Part shown: positions 1 to 12,374 of the stretch, one piece after another
Position numbering within the stretch: position 1 is the first letter of the stretch
Layout of the letters: each line of letters begins with the position of its first letter
Assembly: GCA_002269645.1 (NCBI GenBank)
Contig: NIVC01001003.1
Location: forward strand, 124,001-188,000
Reading direction: 5' to 3'
Source: Macrostomum lignano
Taxonomy: Eukaryota
Length of the DNA: 64,000 bases
Notes under the pieces: generated by a model
What the model was told of the DNA's origin: nothing
The model's input: the letters and a program-made list of their open reading frames with translations, nothing else
Database searches by the model: none
Position numbers and translations under genes: made by a program

Positions 1-340
1 GGCACAAGATGAGAATCGCGCAAGGTAAGAATGGGCAAAAGATGAGAATCGCGCAAGGTAAGATTGGGCACAAGATGAGAATCGCGCAAGGTAAGAATGG
101 GCACAAGATGAGAATCGCGCAAGGTAAGATTGGGCACAAGATGAGAATCGCGCAAGGTAAGATTGGGCACAAGATGAGAATCGCGCAAGGTAAGATTGGG
201 CACAAGATGAGAATCGCGCAAGGTAAGATTGGGCACAAGATGAGAATCGCGCAAGGTAAGATTGGGCACAAGATGAGAATCGCGCAAGGTAAGAATGGGC
301 ACAAGATGAGAATCGCGCAAGGTAAGAATAGGCACACAAG
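1..340. repeat. 33-bp minisatellite (GGCACAAGATGAGAATCGCGCAAGGTAAGATTG), ~10 copies, runs off the window
   Basis: Direct periodicity; source of the MRIAQGKIGHK ORF. Confidence 0.97.
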
Positions 341-442
341 ATGAGAATCAGCGATACGGTGAGAATCGATGAAATGGACAACGGCAAGAATCGCGAGCAG
401 GAAATGAGCAGCAGGAGAAGCCGTCTGCATTCCAGGACTCAC

Positions 443-679
443 CCAGCCGCCGGCTCTGACAACCCAGGCCGATGCGGTTTTGCGGAAATAATCCAGCGAC
501 CAGTTGTAGACCTGGCAGAATGCCAAGCGGTCTGAGCACTCGGCCGCCGTCAGAGCCAGCTCTGTGCAGAACAGCAGAATGCTGCAGCACTGGCCTCGGA
601 TGTCGCCACGCCTGTGCTGCCTAGCGATCGCTTTGAGCTGATTCTCGAACTGTTGGCGGCTCATGCTGTGCAGATTCAC
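443..679 (-). CDS. Bcl-2-family protein, exon 3 (BH1-like/BH2 region)
   Basis: Acceptor ...cgcctcag|GTG at 680/679. 79 codons VNLHSMSRQQFENQLKAIARQHRRGDIRGQCCSILLFCTELALTAAECSDRLAFCQVYNWSLDYFRKTASAWVVRAGGW. W-x2-DY-x6-W(V)xxxGGW matches helices 6-8/BH2. A phase-0 GTGAGT donor sits directly after GGW, the conserved Bcl-2-family intron position. Confidence 0.8.
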
Positions 680-932
680 CTGAGGCGGGATTGGAGCAGA
701 TGGGATTGCTATCTCATTCTATCTAGGTCAAATAAGGAGGGGGGGCATCCCAAGCCGGAAAAAGCACAACTCCGAAGAGCGCTTTCTTATCATAACTCTG
801 AAAGCTTTAGCAACGCCCAACGCTATTTTGGTTTTCGGAGTTGTGCTATTTCGGGTTAATGATATTTCAGGTTTATGATAGTTCGGGTTTGTGATGGGAA
901 GTGATTTCGGAGTTGTGATTTTTCGGTTCATG

Positions 933-2753
933 CCCGGCGGTAAAAATCACGTCGAAATGACGTCGATATTCGCCTTTCAAAAACTTGCGACAAATGAGTA
1001 GTCGTTTGAACCTTCATTTGACGTCGAAATTTCGATATGAAATTTTTATCTTCTTTTTTGCAGAAATAATTATTAGTGATATTTGAAAAATATTTTTTCA
1101 ACGTGATTTTCAGTGTATTGAAAGGATCAATAAATTCAGTAAAACTGACACAACGTTTTTTTTGTTTCAACGCATCGCGAGATACACCTTTTTAAAAATA
1201 TCGCCATGCTGAATGTCGATCTATTATTTGTCAATTGCAGACTTCCAAATTATTTTACTGCGATTCATACGTAAATCTTTAACGTAAATTTTCTGTAACA
1301 AACATGGCAATTCATATTCTTTCATTGCGTTTCATTATTTTTTCGATAATTAATGTAATATACAATTTATGCGTTTAAAGTTCGATGTTTTATAATACTG
1401 TTGCTTATAGGACGGATAGGTTTAACTTTTTATACAGGATAAGTGAATTAATAATAAAGTAGCCATAAATTAGCAACTTTTTACGTTTTAGTACAGCTTA
1501 TTGGAAATTAATAATAGTGTAATATTTAATAAACAATAATAGATTAGCTTTTATAAATGTAATAAAAGCACAATTCTATAGCTAAAAGAATGTTTGTTAT
1601 GAAAAATTTTTTAGGAAATTTAGGACATAGACGTAATTATAATTTTAGCCTAAATAGTATATATAATTATCCCATTTAAACATTAATTATTTAATTATTC
1701 ATTCTAATATATGTTTGTTACATTCTAAATAAAAGCATAGCCCAACCCATAACTGCTCATGAAATAACTAGAACAGCTATAGCATTTAAGTACCTTATCA
1801 CCAGCATCTAGACTCTAGAGCATGAAATACTACTCATACTATAATTATCTATTTTTTCTATGTAATGAAAACAGGATATACTATGTAACTATGCTATAAA
1901 AACTTTTATAAATGCTCTATATGGCCCAGGAATATATAGAACATTGTATAGTATTTTACTTGTTTAGTAAAGCCGCTGCTTACTCTACCAAAAATTCCAG
2001 CAAATGCCCCTCTGTCTACTCGGCGGCTGAGGACGTCCTACGTGACCGCACAAGACGCAAAAGCTGAATTTCCGTGTGGAGTAACCGCGCAGACGCCGTT
2101 GATTTTCAGTGTTTCCCTTTCACGATTACAATATGTTGAATTACATTTAGTTGCATTTGTTGACATTGTTGTTCCTTATTTTTCCATCGTCTATTTTCTA
2201 TTCTTGATAGCTTTGATGCTATTTCTATGATCGTTTCCAATTGCTGGTGAATTGAATATACACTGTATACTTTTTCATGGTTGCAGGATAATAGGATCTG
2301 GTTTGGATAGCAAATGAAACGTCATGCAGCCTTGCTTGGCATTTTATGCTTAAATATTTCTTTCCTATTTAGGTAGATTAGTGACTTTAGTGTATGGATT
2401 AACATTTATGTTTCGTCAGCTTAGTTCGTTTGTAGATCGTACATGTAGTTCGTCAGTTTATAACTATTGAAAAAAATAACTTTTTATAACTATGAAACTA
2501 ATGCACTACAGTATATTATTAATATTAATTAGTATATGTAGATAAAAATCGTCAATTTGTCGAAAATCGCCATCTACTTGCGGTCATCATGAATATGAAC
2601 GACGTCGACTTTTCGCCATCAATAGTGGAAAACGCGACGTCGCACACTCTACATCTGATGGCGAAAATTTCGACGTCGAAATCGTGGTTCAAATCGACAT
2701 GAAATTTCGACGTCGCTTTTCGACGTCATTTCGACGTGATTTTTACCGCCGGG
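933..2753. mobile_element. Non-autonomous DNA transposon (CACTA/EnSpm-like) with 34-bp TIRs and 2-bp TSD
   Basis: CCCGGCGGTAAAAATCACGTCGAAATGACGTCGA at 933 is perfectly inverted at 2720-2753. Flanked by TG on both sides. Subterminal CGACGTCG motifs, AT-rich non-coding interior. Confidence 0.8.
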
Positions 2754-2769
2754 TGATGGCGACCCCCAC

Positions 2770-3705
2770 TATAGGACTATTCAAGAATCTGTTGAGGTCT
2801 ATAATAAAGACTATTCGAGACAGTGGCGCAACCAGGGGGGGGGCGGGGGGCGGTCGCTATTGAGGTAAAATAAGAACTATTTAAGAAGCTGTTGAGGTCA
2901 AATAAAGACTATTCGAGAAGCTGTTGAGGTCAAATATAGACTATTCGAGAAGCTGTTGAGTTCAAATATAGACTATTCGAGAAGCTGTTGAGGTCAAATA
3001 AGAACTATTTAAGAAGCTGTTGAGGTCAAATAAAGACTATTCGAGAAGCTGTTGAGGTCAAATAAGAACTATTCGAGATGCTGTTGAGGTCAAATAAGAA
3101 CTATTCGAGAAGCTGTTGAGGTCAAATAAAGACTATTCGAGATGCTGTTGAGGTCAAATAAAGACTATTCGAGAAGCTGTTGAGGTCAAATAAAGACTAT
3201 TTGAGAAGCTGTTGAGGTCAAATAAAGACTATTCGAGAAGCTGTTGAGGTCAAAAAAAGACTATTCGAGATGCTGTTGATGTCAAATATAGACTATTCGA
3301 GAAGCTGTTGAGGTCAAATAAAGACTATTTGAGAAGCTGTTGAGGTCAAATAAAGACTATTCGAGAAGCTGTTGAGGTCAAAAAAAGACTATTCGAGATG
3401 CTGTTGATGTCAAATAAGAACTATTCGAGATGCTGTTGAGGTCAAATAAGAACTATTCGAGATGCTGTTGAGGTCAAATAAAGACTATTCGAGATGCTGT
3501 TGAGGTCAAATAAGAACTATTCGAGATGCTGTTGAGGTCAAATAAAGACTATTCGAGAAGCTGTTGAGGTCAAATAAGAACTATTCGAGATGCTGTTGAG
3601 GTCAAATATAGACTATTCGAGAAGCTGTTGAGGTCAAATAAAGACTATTCGAGATGCTGTTGAGGTCAAATAAAGACTATTCGAGAAGCTGTTGAGGTCA
3701 AATAC
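2770..3705. repeat. 32-bp minisatellite (GTCAAATAAAGACTATTCGAGAAGCTGTTGAG), ~27 copies
   Basis: Direct periodicity; interrupted near 2821-2860 by a GC-rich CAGTGGCGCAACCAGGGG MITE-end-like fragment. Confidence 0.95.
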
Positions 3706-4514
3706 TCGTAAGGGCACAATTTGAATAGTTGTCAAAATCATCTGAAGAATATACTCGTAAAGTCAGTATTTGCTGACTATCTTGCTACTGCCAAAAATTT
3801 CTGCGCACTTTAATTCGATATAAATAACCGTGAATCGAATGTTAATAATATTAATACTTATACTACCGCCCAAAGCCAGGCGGTGAGCTAAAAATATCGA
3901 CAAATGTTTATGAACATCTTAATTGCCAACGGACTGAAAGTCACCAGTCGGACAGACAAATTTAAACTTTAAATTCTGTTATAGAAGTTATAGAATAATA
4001 GCAATTATCGATTCGAGTTAAGAATAATTGGATTCTCTGTTTTACATCTATAAATTGTAGAAATACGGCTGGAGTAACTATACATGTGCAATTAGTATAA
4101 AATACCTCGTCATCTAGTTAGACTGACTTAGACCCTAGCGGCTTACCTCAACTCCCTTTCCTTCAAGTTAAGGGCCCCCAAACCGGGGATTGAAAGAATC
4201 GGGGGCGCCGAGATGACCTCAAACTGACCTTGACCTCAACCTTGTCCGCTCGGGGCCAGTGGGCGGCGCCACAACAAGCATAAGCTGTGTTTGCAGATTG
4301 AATTTATTATTAATATCGTCTGACATCTTTGGCATAATTCCATGCAGTCTAATGCTCTATAGCCTCAAGTGTAATTGCCTACTTGCACGTTGGACTGAGT
4401 ATTTTCTGACGAAATTGTATGCTGTCCAATGCTGATATGTATTAATACATGCATTGTCTGTCCCTAACTCTTGCCTCTAGACCTGGCCAAGGTCAGCCAA
4501 TTTTCATAGTTCTT

Positions 4515-6040
4515 ACCTCCCTATATCCTTATCTCCTCTCTCCTTATCTCCCCTCCCTCCTTATCTCCTCTCTCTCCTTATCTCCTCTCTCTCCTTATCT
4601 CTCCTCTCTCCTTATCTCCCCTCTCATTATCTCCCCTCTCTCCTTATCTCCTCTCTCTCCTTATCTCCCCTCTTTCCTTATCTCTCCTCTCTCCTTATCT
4701 CCTCTCTCTCTTCTTATCTCCCCTCTCTCCTTATCTCCCCTCTCATTATCTCCCCTCTCTCCTTATCTCCTCTCTCTCCTTATCTCCCCTCTTTCATTAT
4801 CTCTCTTCTCTCCTTATCTCCTCTCTCTCTTTATCTCTCCTCTCTCCTTATCTCCCCTCTCATTATCTCCCCTCTCTCCTTATCTCCTCTCTCTCCTTAT
4901 CTCCCCTCTTTCCTTATCTCTCCTCTCTCCTTATCTCCTCTCTCTCTTCTTATCTCCCCTCTCTCCTTATCTCCCCTCTCATTATCTCCCCTCTCTCCTT
5001 ATCTCCTCTCTCTCCTTATCTCCCCTCTTTCCTTATCTCTCCTCTCTCCTTATCTCCTCTCTCTCTTTATCTCTCCTCTCTCCTTATCTCCCCTCTCATT
5101 ATCTCCCCTCTCTCCTTATCTCCTCTCTCTCCTTATCTCCCCTCTTTCCTTATCTCTCCTCTCTCCTTATCTCCTCTCTCTCTTCTTATCTCCCCTCTCT
5201 CCTTATCTCCCCTCTCATTATCTCCCCTCTCTCCTTATCTCCTCTCTCTCCTTATCTCTCCTCTCTCCTTATCTACCCTCTTCTTATCTCCCCTCTCTTC
5301 TTATCTCCCCTCTCTCCTTATCTCCCCTCTCATTATCTCCCCTCTCTCCTTATCTCCTCTCTCTCCTTATCTCCCCTCTTTCCTTATCTCTCCTCTCTCC
5401 TTATCTCCTCTCTCTCTTTATCTCTCCTCTCTCCTTATCTCCCCTCTCATTATCTCCCCTCTCTCCTTATCTCCTCTCTCTCCTTATCTCCCCTCTTTCC
5501 TTATCTCTCCTCTCTCCTTATCTCCTCTCTCTCTTCTTATCTCCCCTCTCTCCTTATCTCCCCTCTCATTATCTCCCCTCTCTCCTTATCTCCTCTCTCT
5601 CCTTATCTCCCCTCTTTCCTTATCTCTCCTCTCTCCTTATCTCCTCTCTCTCTTTATCTCTCCTCTCTCCTTATCTCCCCTCTCATTATCTCCCCTCTCT
5701 CCTTATCTCCTCTCTCTCCTTATCTCCCCTCTTTCCTTATCTCTCCTCTCTCCTTATCTCCTCTCTCTCTTCTTATCTCCCCTCTCTCCTTATCTCCCCT
5801 CTCATTATCTCCCCTCTCTCCTTATCTCCTCTCTCTCCTTATCTCTCCTCTTTCCTTATCTCTCCTCTCTCCTTATCTCCTCTCTCTCTTTATCTCTCCT
5901 CTCTCCTTATCTCCCCTCTCATTATCTCCCCTCTCTCCTTATCTCCTCTCTCTCCTTATCTCCCCTCTTTCCTTATCTCTCCTCTCTCCTTATCTCCTCT
6001 CTCTCTTTATCTCTCCTCTCTCCTTATCTCCCCTCTCTGC
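4515..6040. repeat. Polypyrimidine CTCTCCTTAT-type array, ~1.5 kb, in Bcl-2-like intron 2
   Basis: Almost G-free tract; the 557-aa LSP-rich ORF 4449..6122 is an artefact of it. Confidence 0.95.
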
Positions 6041-6209
6041 CTCGCCCACTGGCTCTGTCTCCTTCACTTTTCTTCTCTTAATCTATCTATCTAATTATTC
6101 TTTCTGCGTTTTCAAATTATAATTGAATCCACAATGATACAAAATCACAAAGAATAAAAAACTAGTTGTAACTCACTCATAACTACGAGCGTACACTGAG
6201 TAAAATCAC

Positions 6210-6336
6210 CTGTCTAACCCTCCGAATAACCGCGAATCCGTGCCGAGTAGAGCGCAGCTCAGCCGTCACAGCGAACAAAGTCGCCGCAGCTGCTAGGCAC
6301 TTTTGACATCGTTCGGCTACGGCCGGACTGCTCTCA
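6210..6336 (-). CDS. Bcl-2-family protein, exon 2
   Basis: ttttag|T acceptor (phase 2) and CAG|GTGATT donor (phase 0). 127 nt, (V)ESSPAVAERCQKCLAAAATLFAVTAELRSTRHGFAVIRRVRQ. Phases join exon 1 to exon 3 in frame. Confidence 0.7.
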
Positions 6337-6440
6337 CTAAAAGCGAATTTTGTCGTGGTAAACGGAATGAGTAAACGGAATGAGTAATAATATGTGCGTG
6401 TAAATGGTCAGAAGCTTCGTCATCTAATTAGTAAACTCAC

Positions 6441-6880
6441 ACTCTGCCGCCACTGTTTTCGAGCACTTCGACCATCTGAGCGGCCTGCTCAGTGCTGAGT
6501 CTGGGCCCCTCCAGCGCCAATCGGAAGCACTGTCGAACAATGAGCTGCGAATCCTGCTCAATGTTGTGCACCCGTCGAGTACTACTAGCCCGAGGAAAGT
6601 AGGGCCCCGAGTCGGCGTCGACCGTACCATCCGCTGCTACATCGCCGCCACTAATCATCGACTCGTGGGGAATCTCTAACGCCAGATCGAAGGTCACGAT
6701 ACTGCTGCTTGTGGACGCGGAGTTCCGACTGCGAGACCGGCGCCTGGCTAGGAGGCCACTGCCAGCGGCTGCCAGATTAAGACTGCCAGATCGCGTCTTC
6801 ATGATGGAGCGTCCAGCTGCTGTTGCTGCCGCTGTCGACGAACTGGACGGTGCTGATGGCGATGCTGGTGTAGATGACAT
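6441..6880 (-). CDS. Bcl-2-family protein, exon 1 (Ser/Ala-rich N-terminal extension plus BH4-like helix)
   Basis: ORF 6437..6880. ATG at 6880, GT|GTGAGT donor at 6441/6440 (440 nt, phase 2), 104-nt intron to exon 2. Confidence 0.72.
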
Positions 6881-7829
6881 TTCCTCTGCAATAAGTCGAA
6901 ATCAAAGCAAATACCGCTAAGAAATTACGGCGGGGTGGAGGCGATTCTTAGAAGACTTTAAGAAAGGGCCTCGGCTTAGCACTAGCAGACAGTAGGTGGG
7001 GGTTGGCTGTTTTTTTCAATTCAGTTTGGTTTTTCAGGCCTGTGGTTGGCGCTATATAATCGAGTCTATTTTTAGCTCAGCCTCAACTGACCAATAGGAG
7101 GAGAGTAGCAGGGAAAGGGTTTTTATGACCCGCCGGTCCCAGCGAATGTGCGATCGCGCGATCCTTAATAAGGGTAAGGGTGAGGCGTGGGAAAATAGGA
7201 TCGGACTTAGTCGCGCCGACCAATAAAGAAGAGAGTTATTTGGGGCGGAGCGGAACTTGGGCTGGGTATCAAAGGGAACCAACCAACCAGCCAGTCATCA
7301 AAAAGATAGTCAAGACAGACACCGTCACCAACCCCCTTTCAAAGGCACCACGAGACGAAGAAAAACATCAACAGGTTCAATGCAGGACACAATATAGGAG
7401 TTTAGAGTTCAATTCTTATCGCTATATGATATTGGAGTCTGGACAGAGCTAACCCTTTGTCGAAGGAAACCGTTTGTGTGCCGCTTACATCCGAGAATTA
7501 TGTATGTAAACAGAGGAGTAGAAAAATACTTGAAGCTAAAAGCCATATGGGTGGGGATGGGAAGTAAAAAGACACTTTACTTTACTTTCGTTTCAACTAT
7601 CGTGCATCAGGTCAAGTTTATTTTTCTAGGTTCAAAAACCCTGTGTTAAGTCGATGTGTTATCGTATATGAATGTAAAACAGACAAGATACTATCGTAGA
7701 TCATATATTAGATAAGATTAAAAAATCGAAAGTTCGCATAGCCCAGAGCCATTTTTCTCTATTTAGACAATAAATTGGCTACGAGTATTAATAAGCTTGC
7801 TAATAATGGAATTAAATAGGTCACGATGA

Positions 7830-8230
7830 ATATTGAGTGGGAGATAGAGAGAGAGTGAGAGTGCGAGAGTGAGAGAGGGAGAGAGGGAGGGAGGGAGAAA
7901 GGGAGAGGGGGTAGTGGGAGAGTGGGAGAGAGGGAGAGAAGGAGAGTGGGAGAGAGAGAGAGAGGGAGAAGGAGAGTGGGAGAGAGAGAGAGAGGGAGAA
8001 GGAGAGTGGGAGAGTGGGAGAGTGGGAGAGAGGGAGAGTGGGAGAGAGGAAGAGGGAGAGTGGGAGAGGGAGAGTGGGAGAGTGGGAGAGGGAGAGTGGG
8101 AGAGAGGGAGAGAGGGAGAGTGGGAGAGTGGGAGAGTGGGAGAGGGAGAGAGGGAGAGTGGGAGAGAGGAAGAGGGAGAGTGGAAGAGGGAGAGTGGGAG
8201 AGTGGGAGAGGGAGAGTGGGAAAGGGAGAA
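7830..8230. repeat. Polypurine GGAGAG(T/G)G low-complexity array
   Basis: Direct inspection. Confidence 0.92.
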
Positions 8231-8827
8231 TGGGACGTCAAGTCTTTATGAATACAAACTCCAGAGAAATCAATAGGATAAAAATGGTATTCCTCAGAGG
8301 CCACCGCAAACAAGGACAACTAAAGTATATACACAGGGTACGTTGCTTTAGTTGTCATTTCCGCGGAACAGGGGGCAGAGTGGGCACTGTCCTCCCCCCT
8401 GACACTTGGAGTTCGGGAAGGGGATTTTTATCGACAATAAGAATAAGAATTCGAGCAATGCAGTTGTGTATTCCTTTGAAATGGGCAGTATCGCATATTA
8501 TAATTGCATGCGTATTATAATTGAAGTGGAATGTATAAAGCCGTATAAATTTAAGATACTCGTATCCTACCAAGAGTTCTTTGTTATGAACTCCATTTGG
8601 GTACATGGGAGGGTTACAAATCGCGTTAAAGCCCTCACGCACAAATTGGAAATTTTTATCCGCAAAAGTCAAAACTACATGTATACTTCAAAATATCATA
8701 AATTATGTATGCAAAAAAAAGTTGATTTTAAGTCGGTTGAGTGGTCTTTATATACTAGGGAGCATAATTGGGAAAAGCGAAGAGGTGTTTAGAAAAGGGA
8801 CGTTATAGAACGACTTATCAGAGAATA

Positions 8828-9136
8828 GTGCTGGCGCCCCTGGTGCTGGCGCCCCTGGTGCTGGCGCCCCTGGTGCTGGCGCCCCTGGTGCTGGCGCCCC
8901 TGGTGCTGGCGCCCCTGGTGCTGGCGCCCCTGGTGCTGGCGCCCCTGGTGCTGGCGCCCCTGGTGCTGGCGCCCCTGGTGCTGGCGCCCCTGGTGCTGGC
9001 GCCCCTGGTGCTGGCGCCCCTGGTGCTGGCGCCCCTGGTGCTGGCGCCCCTGGTGCTGGCGCCCCTGGTGCTGGCGCCCCTGGTGCTAAAGCCCCTGGTG
9101 CTAAAGCCCCTGGTGCTAAAGCCCCTGGTGCTAAAG
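8828..9136. repeat. 15-bp minisatellite (GTGCTGGCGCCCCTG), ~20 copies
   Basis: Near-perfect periodicity; 3' copies carry the variant GTGCTAAAGCCCCTG. Confidence 0.97.
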
Positions 9137-10044
9137 CCTCTATTGCCCACCTTAATCAAAACCAAAAGGCATTTAAAGCATTTAGAAATCATAATTGATG
9201 CAGCGGTGCAGACTTACCTTGAAATTGAATCGCAGACAGAGGGCCAGAGCTAGTTATTATTGTGTTAAATTGCACGCATTAGGGCGATGGCAAGTTTTAG
9301 CGCAATATCATAGATAAAAAATATTGCTTTAGAGATAATCTGCCCGTTTAATTCAATCGTGTCGCGCCAATTAATTAATTAACGTTTGTTATAAAGCTAA
9401 GACAACGGTCTCGTCAACGGTACGCTATTTAGAGAGAAGAGCTTCTAATTCCTCTACAACCCCTGCGTGCACCGATTTAAATAAATTAAACCTCTCACAG
9501 ACACATTCGAAACGCACACCGCACGGCAGGGGGTCTGAAGGGGGTAAGGAAAGAGCAGAATTAAGAGTTAAGTCACGTGAAAAAACTTGGATTCGCCGCC
9601 TTGTGGGGTGGGGTGGCTTTTTGGACGAGGGATTCACCGCCTGACCTCATAAACCCTTCTTTACCCTTCTACCCCCCATGTTTATGGCCCGGCGCGTGAT
9701 GAGACTGTCCTGGTAGTATGGGGAGGTGGGGTGGGCGCGCTAGAGCCAGTCTGGGCCAATAAGAGCGCACACGGACTGGCTGCATGTAGCGACACACAGC
9801 GAGGCTGTGGCTGGAGGGATTTGGCTTGGAGTGGCTAGATTGCTAGACGCTAGTTCTGAACTCAAAATCACTGGCTTTGTTTACCGGCTAATAAGGACGG
9901 AAGAAAAGCAAAGTAAATATTATTTACTGTTTCTTAAGCTTTATGTGCTCAAAGCTATTCAGTAATCATGCGGTATTAATGACAATGTGTAACTAAAGAA
10001 ATATAACATCAAAATGTTAACTTTTTCAGTATTGAAAAGAGCAG

Positions 10045-11865
10045 CCTTTGCAGTGTCTTAGGGGCGACATTTCAGTGTCTTAGAGGCGCCATTGCAGTGT
10101 TGTAGAGGCGCTACTGGGGTACCTCTCATTTCGCCGATTCATTCTCGTTTCGCCGATTCTCGTTTCGCCGAATCTTATTTCGCCGATTCTCGGTTCGCCG
10201 ACATTCTCATTTCGCCGATTCTCATTTCGCCGACATTCTCATTTCGCCGATTCTCGGTTCGCCGAAATTAGTTTCATAACCATCTGGACATTAGACCATA
10301 GCCCGTAAGCCCAAATGGGCTGCAAAAAGCTATATTACCAATACAATACTTTATTTTTTCAAGCCATAGACATCTAAATCACACTTGCATTAGTGTAGTT
10401 GTCTATGGTCTAATGTACAGATGGTTATGAAACTAATTTCGGCGAACCGAGAATCGGCGAAATGAGAATGTCGGCGAAACGAGAATCGGCGAAATGAGAA
10501 TGTCGGCGAACCGAGAATCGGCGAAATGAGAATGTCGGCGAACCGAGAATCGGCGAAATGAGAATGTCGGCGAAACGAGAATCGGCGAAATGAGAATGTC
10601 GGCGAAACGAGAATCGGCGAAACGAGAATCGGCGAAATGAGAGGTACCCGCGCTACTGCAGTGTCTTAGAGGCGCCATTTCAGTATCTTAGAGGCGACAT
10701 TTCAGTGTCTTAGAGGCGCCATTTCAGTGTCTTAGAGGAGCCATTGCAGTGTCTTAGGGGCGACATTTCAGTGTCTTAGAAGCGCCATTTCAGTGTCTTA
10801 GAGGCGCCATTTCAGTGTCTTAGAGGCGCCATTTCAGTGTCTTAGAGGCTCCATTTCAGTGTCTTAGAGGCGCCATTTCAGTGTATTAGAGGCGCCATTT
10901 CAGTGTCTTAGAGGCGCCATTTCAGTGTCTTAGAGGCGCCATTTCAGTGTCTTAGAGGCGCCATTTCAGTGTCCTAGAGAAGCCATTGCAGTGTCTTAGG
11001 GGCGACATTTCAGTGTCTTAGAGGCGCCATTTCAGTGTCTTAGAGGCGCCATTGCAGTATCTTAGAGGCGCCATTGCAGTGTCTTAGAGGCGCCATTTCA
11101 GTGTCTTAGAGGCGCCATTTCAGTGTCCTAGAGGCGCCATTGCAGTGTCTTAGAGGCGCCATTTCAGTGTCCTAGAGAAGCCATTGCAGTGTCTTAGGGG
11201 CGACATTTCAGTGTCTTAGAGGCGCCATTTCAGTATCTTAGAGGCGACATTTCAGTGTCTTAGAGGCGCCATTTCAGTGTCTTAGAGGAGCCATTGCAGT
11301 GTCTTAGGGGCGACATTTCAGTGTCTTAGAAGCGCCATTTCAGTGTCTTAGAGGCGCCATTTCAGTGTCTTAGAGGCGCCATTTCAGTGTCTTAGAGGCG
11401 CCATTTCAGTGTCTTAGAGGCGCCATTTCAGTGTCTTAGAGGCGCCATTTCAGTGTCTTAGAGGCGCCATTTCAGTGTCTTAGAGGCGCCATTTCAGTGT
11501 CTTAGAGGCGCCATTTCAGTGTCCTAGAGGCGCCATTGCAGTGTCTTAGAGGCGCCATTTCAGTGTCCTAGAGAAGCCATTGCAGTGTCTTAGGGGCGAC
11601 ATTTCAGTGTCTTAGAGGCGCCATTTCAGTGTCTTAGAGGCGCCATTGCAGTATCTTAGAGGCGCCATTGCAGTGTCTTAGAGGCGCCATTGCAGTATCT
11701 TAGAGGCACCATTGCAGTGTCTTAGAGGCGCCATTGCAGTATCTTAGAGGCGCCATTGCAGTATCTTAGAGGCGCCATTTCAGTGTCTTAGAGGCGCCAT
11801 TGCAGTATCTTAGAGGCGCCATTGCGGTGTCTTAGAGGCGCCATTGCAGGATCATAGAGGCGCCA
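10045..11865. repeat. 22-bp minisatellite (TTTCAGTGTCTTAGAGGCGCCA)
   Basis: Direct periodicity; split by the foldback insertion at 10117-10649. Confidence 0.96.
10117..10649. mobile_element. Foldback/MULE-like non-autonomous element, 533 bp, 9-bp TSD
   Basis: Ends GGGTACCTCTCATTTCGCCG ... CGGCGAAATGAGAGGTACCC. Long TIRs built of TTTCGCCGA subrepeats. TSD GCGCTACTG at 10108-10116 and 10650-10658. Confidence 0.9.
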
Positions 11866-12374
11866 CTCAACCATAAAAAAGCGCGCAACCTATTTCAGCA
11901 AATTTGGCTAGCAACGTGAACGTCAACTACTAAAAATTATAATTTACTAAACTACCGTAATCTGAAACAGCTGAACAGCAGTATTTCGTTCTATGATATA
12001 TTACCCATGCATAGTCTGGTCTGGTATGTTGGCAGCACCTGCAGCGTCCTGCAAGCAATGGCATCCATGAATGCCATGCAGCGTTAGCCAAACGTCAAAG
12101 TCAATTTACTCTGTATCTATTTCATTTTGAGTGGCCCTGCGGTGAAGCTCTGTTTGGTTGAAGCCAATCCTCTCATTTATTATAGAAGAAAGTTACTTTG
12201 CTATTTTTCCCTCTGTTGCCATGTCCATAATGGTTTTCTAAGTGATTTTTAAGCTAAAAAATTAAGTAAGGAAGCTCTTGTCAGTAAAATATTACTGTAT
12301 CAAATTTATGAATTCTGACATCCTGTATTGAACACGAACACTCATGGATATCAAAAGCTTGCCACCGAAAGTTT

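Noticed and set aside
4449-6122. 557-aa Leu/Ser/Pro-rich ORF
   Set aside because: Translation of a CT-rich array that cannot easily form stop codons; lies in an intron of the opposite-strand Bcl-2-like gene.
10045-11865. GGCGCC plus GTCT as a BMP/Dpp silencer element
   Set aside because: The canonical element is GRCGNC-N5-GTCT; the spacing is 8 nt here and 3 nt in the 25745 array.
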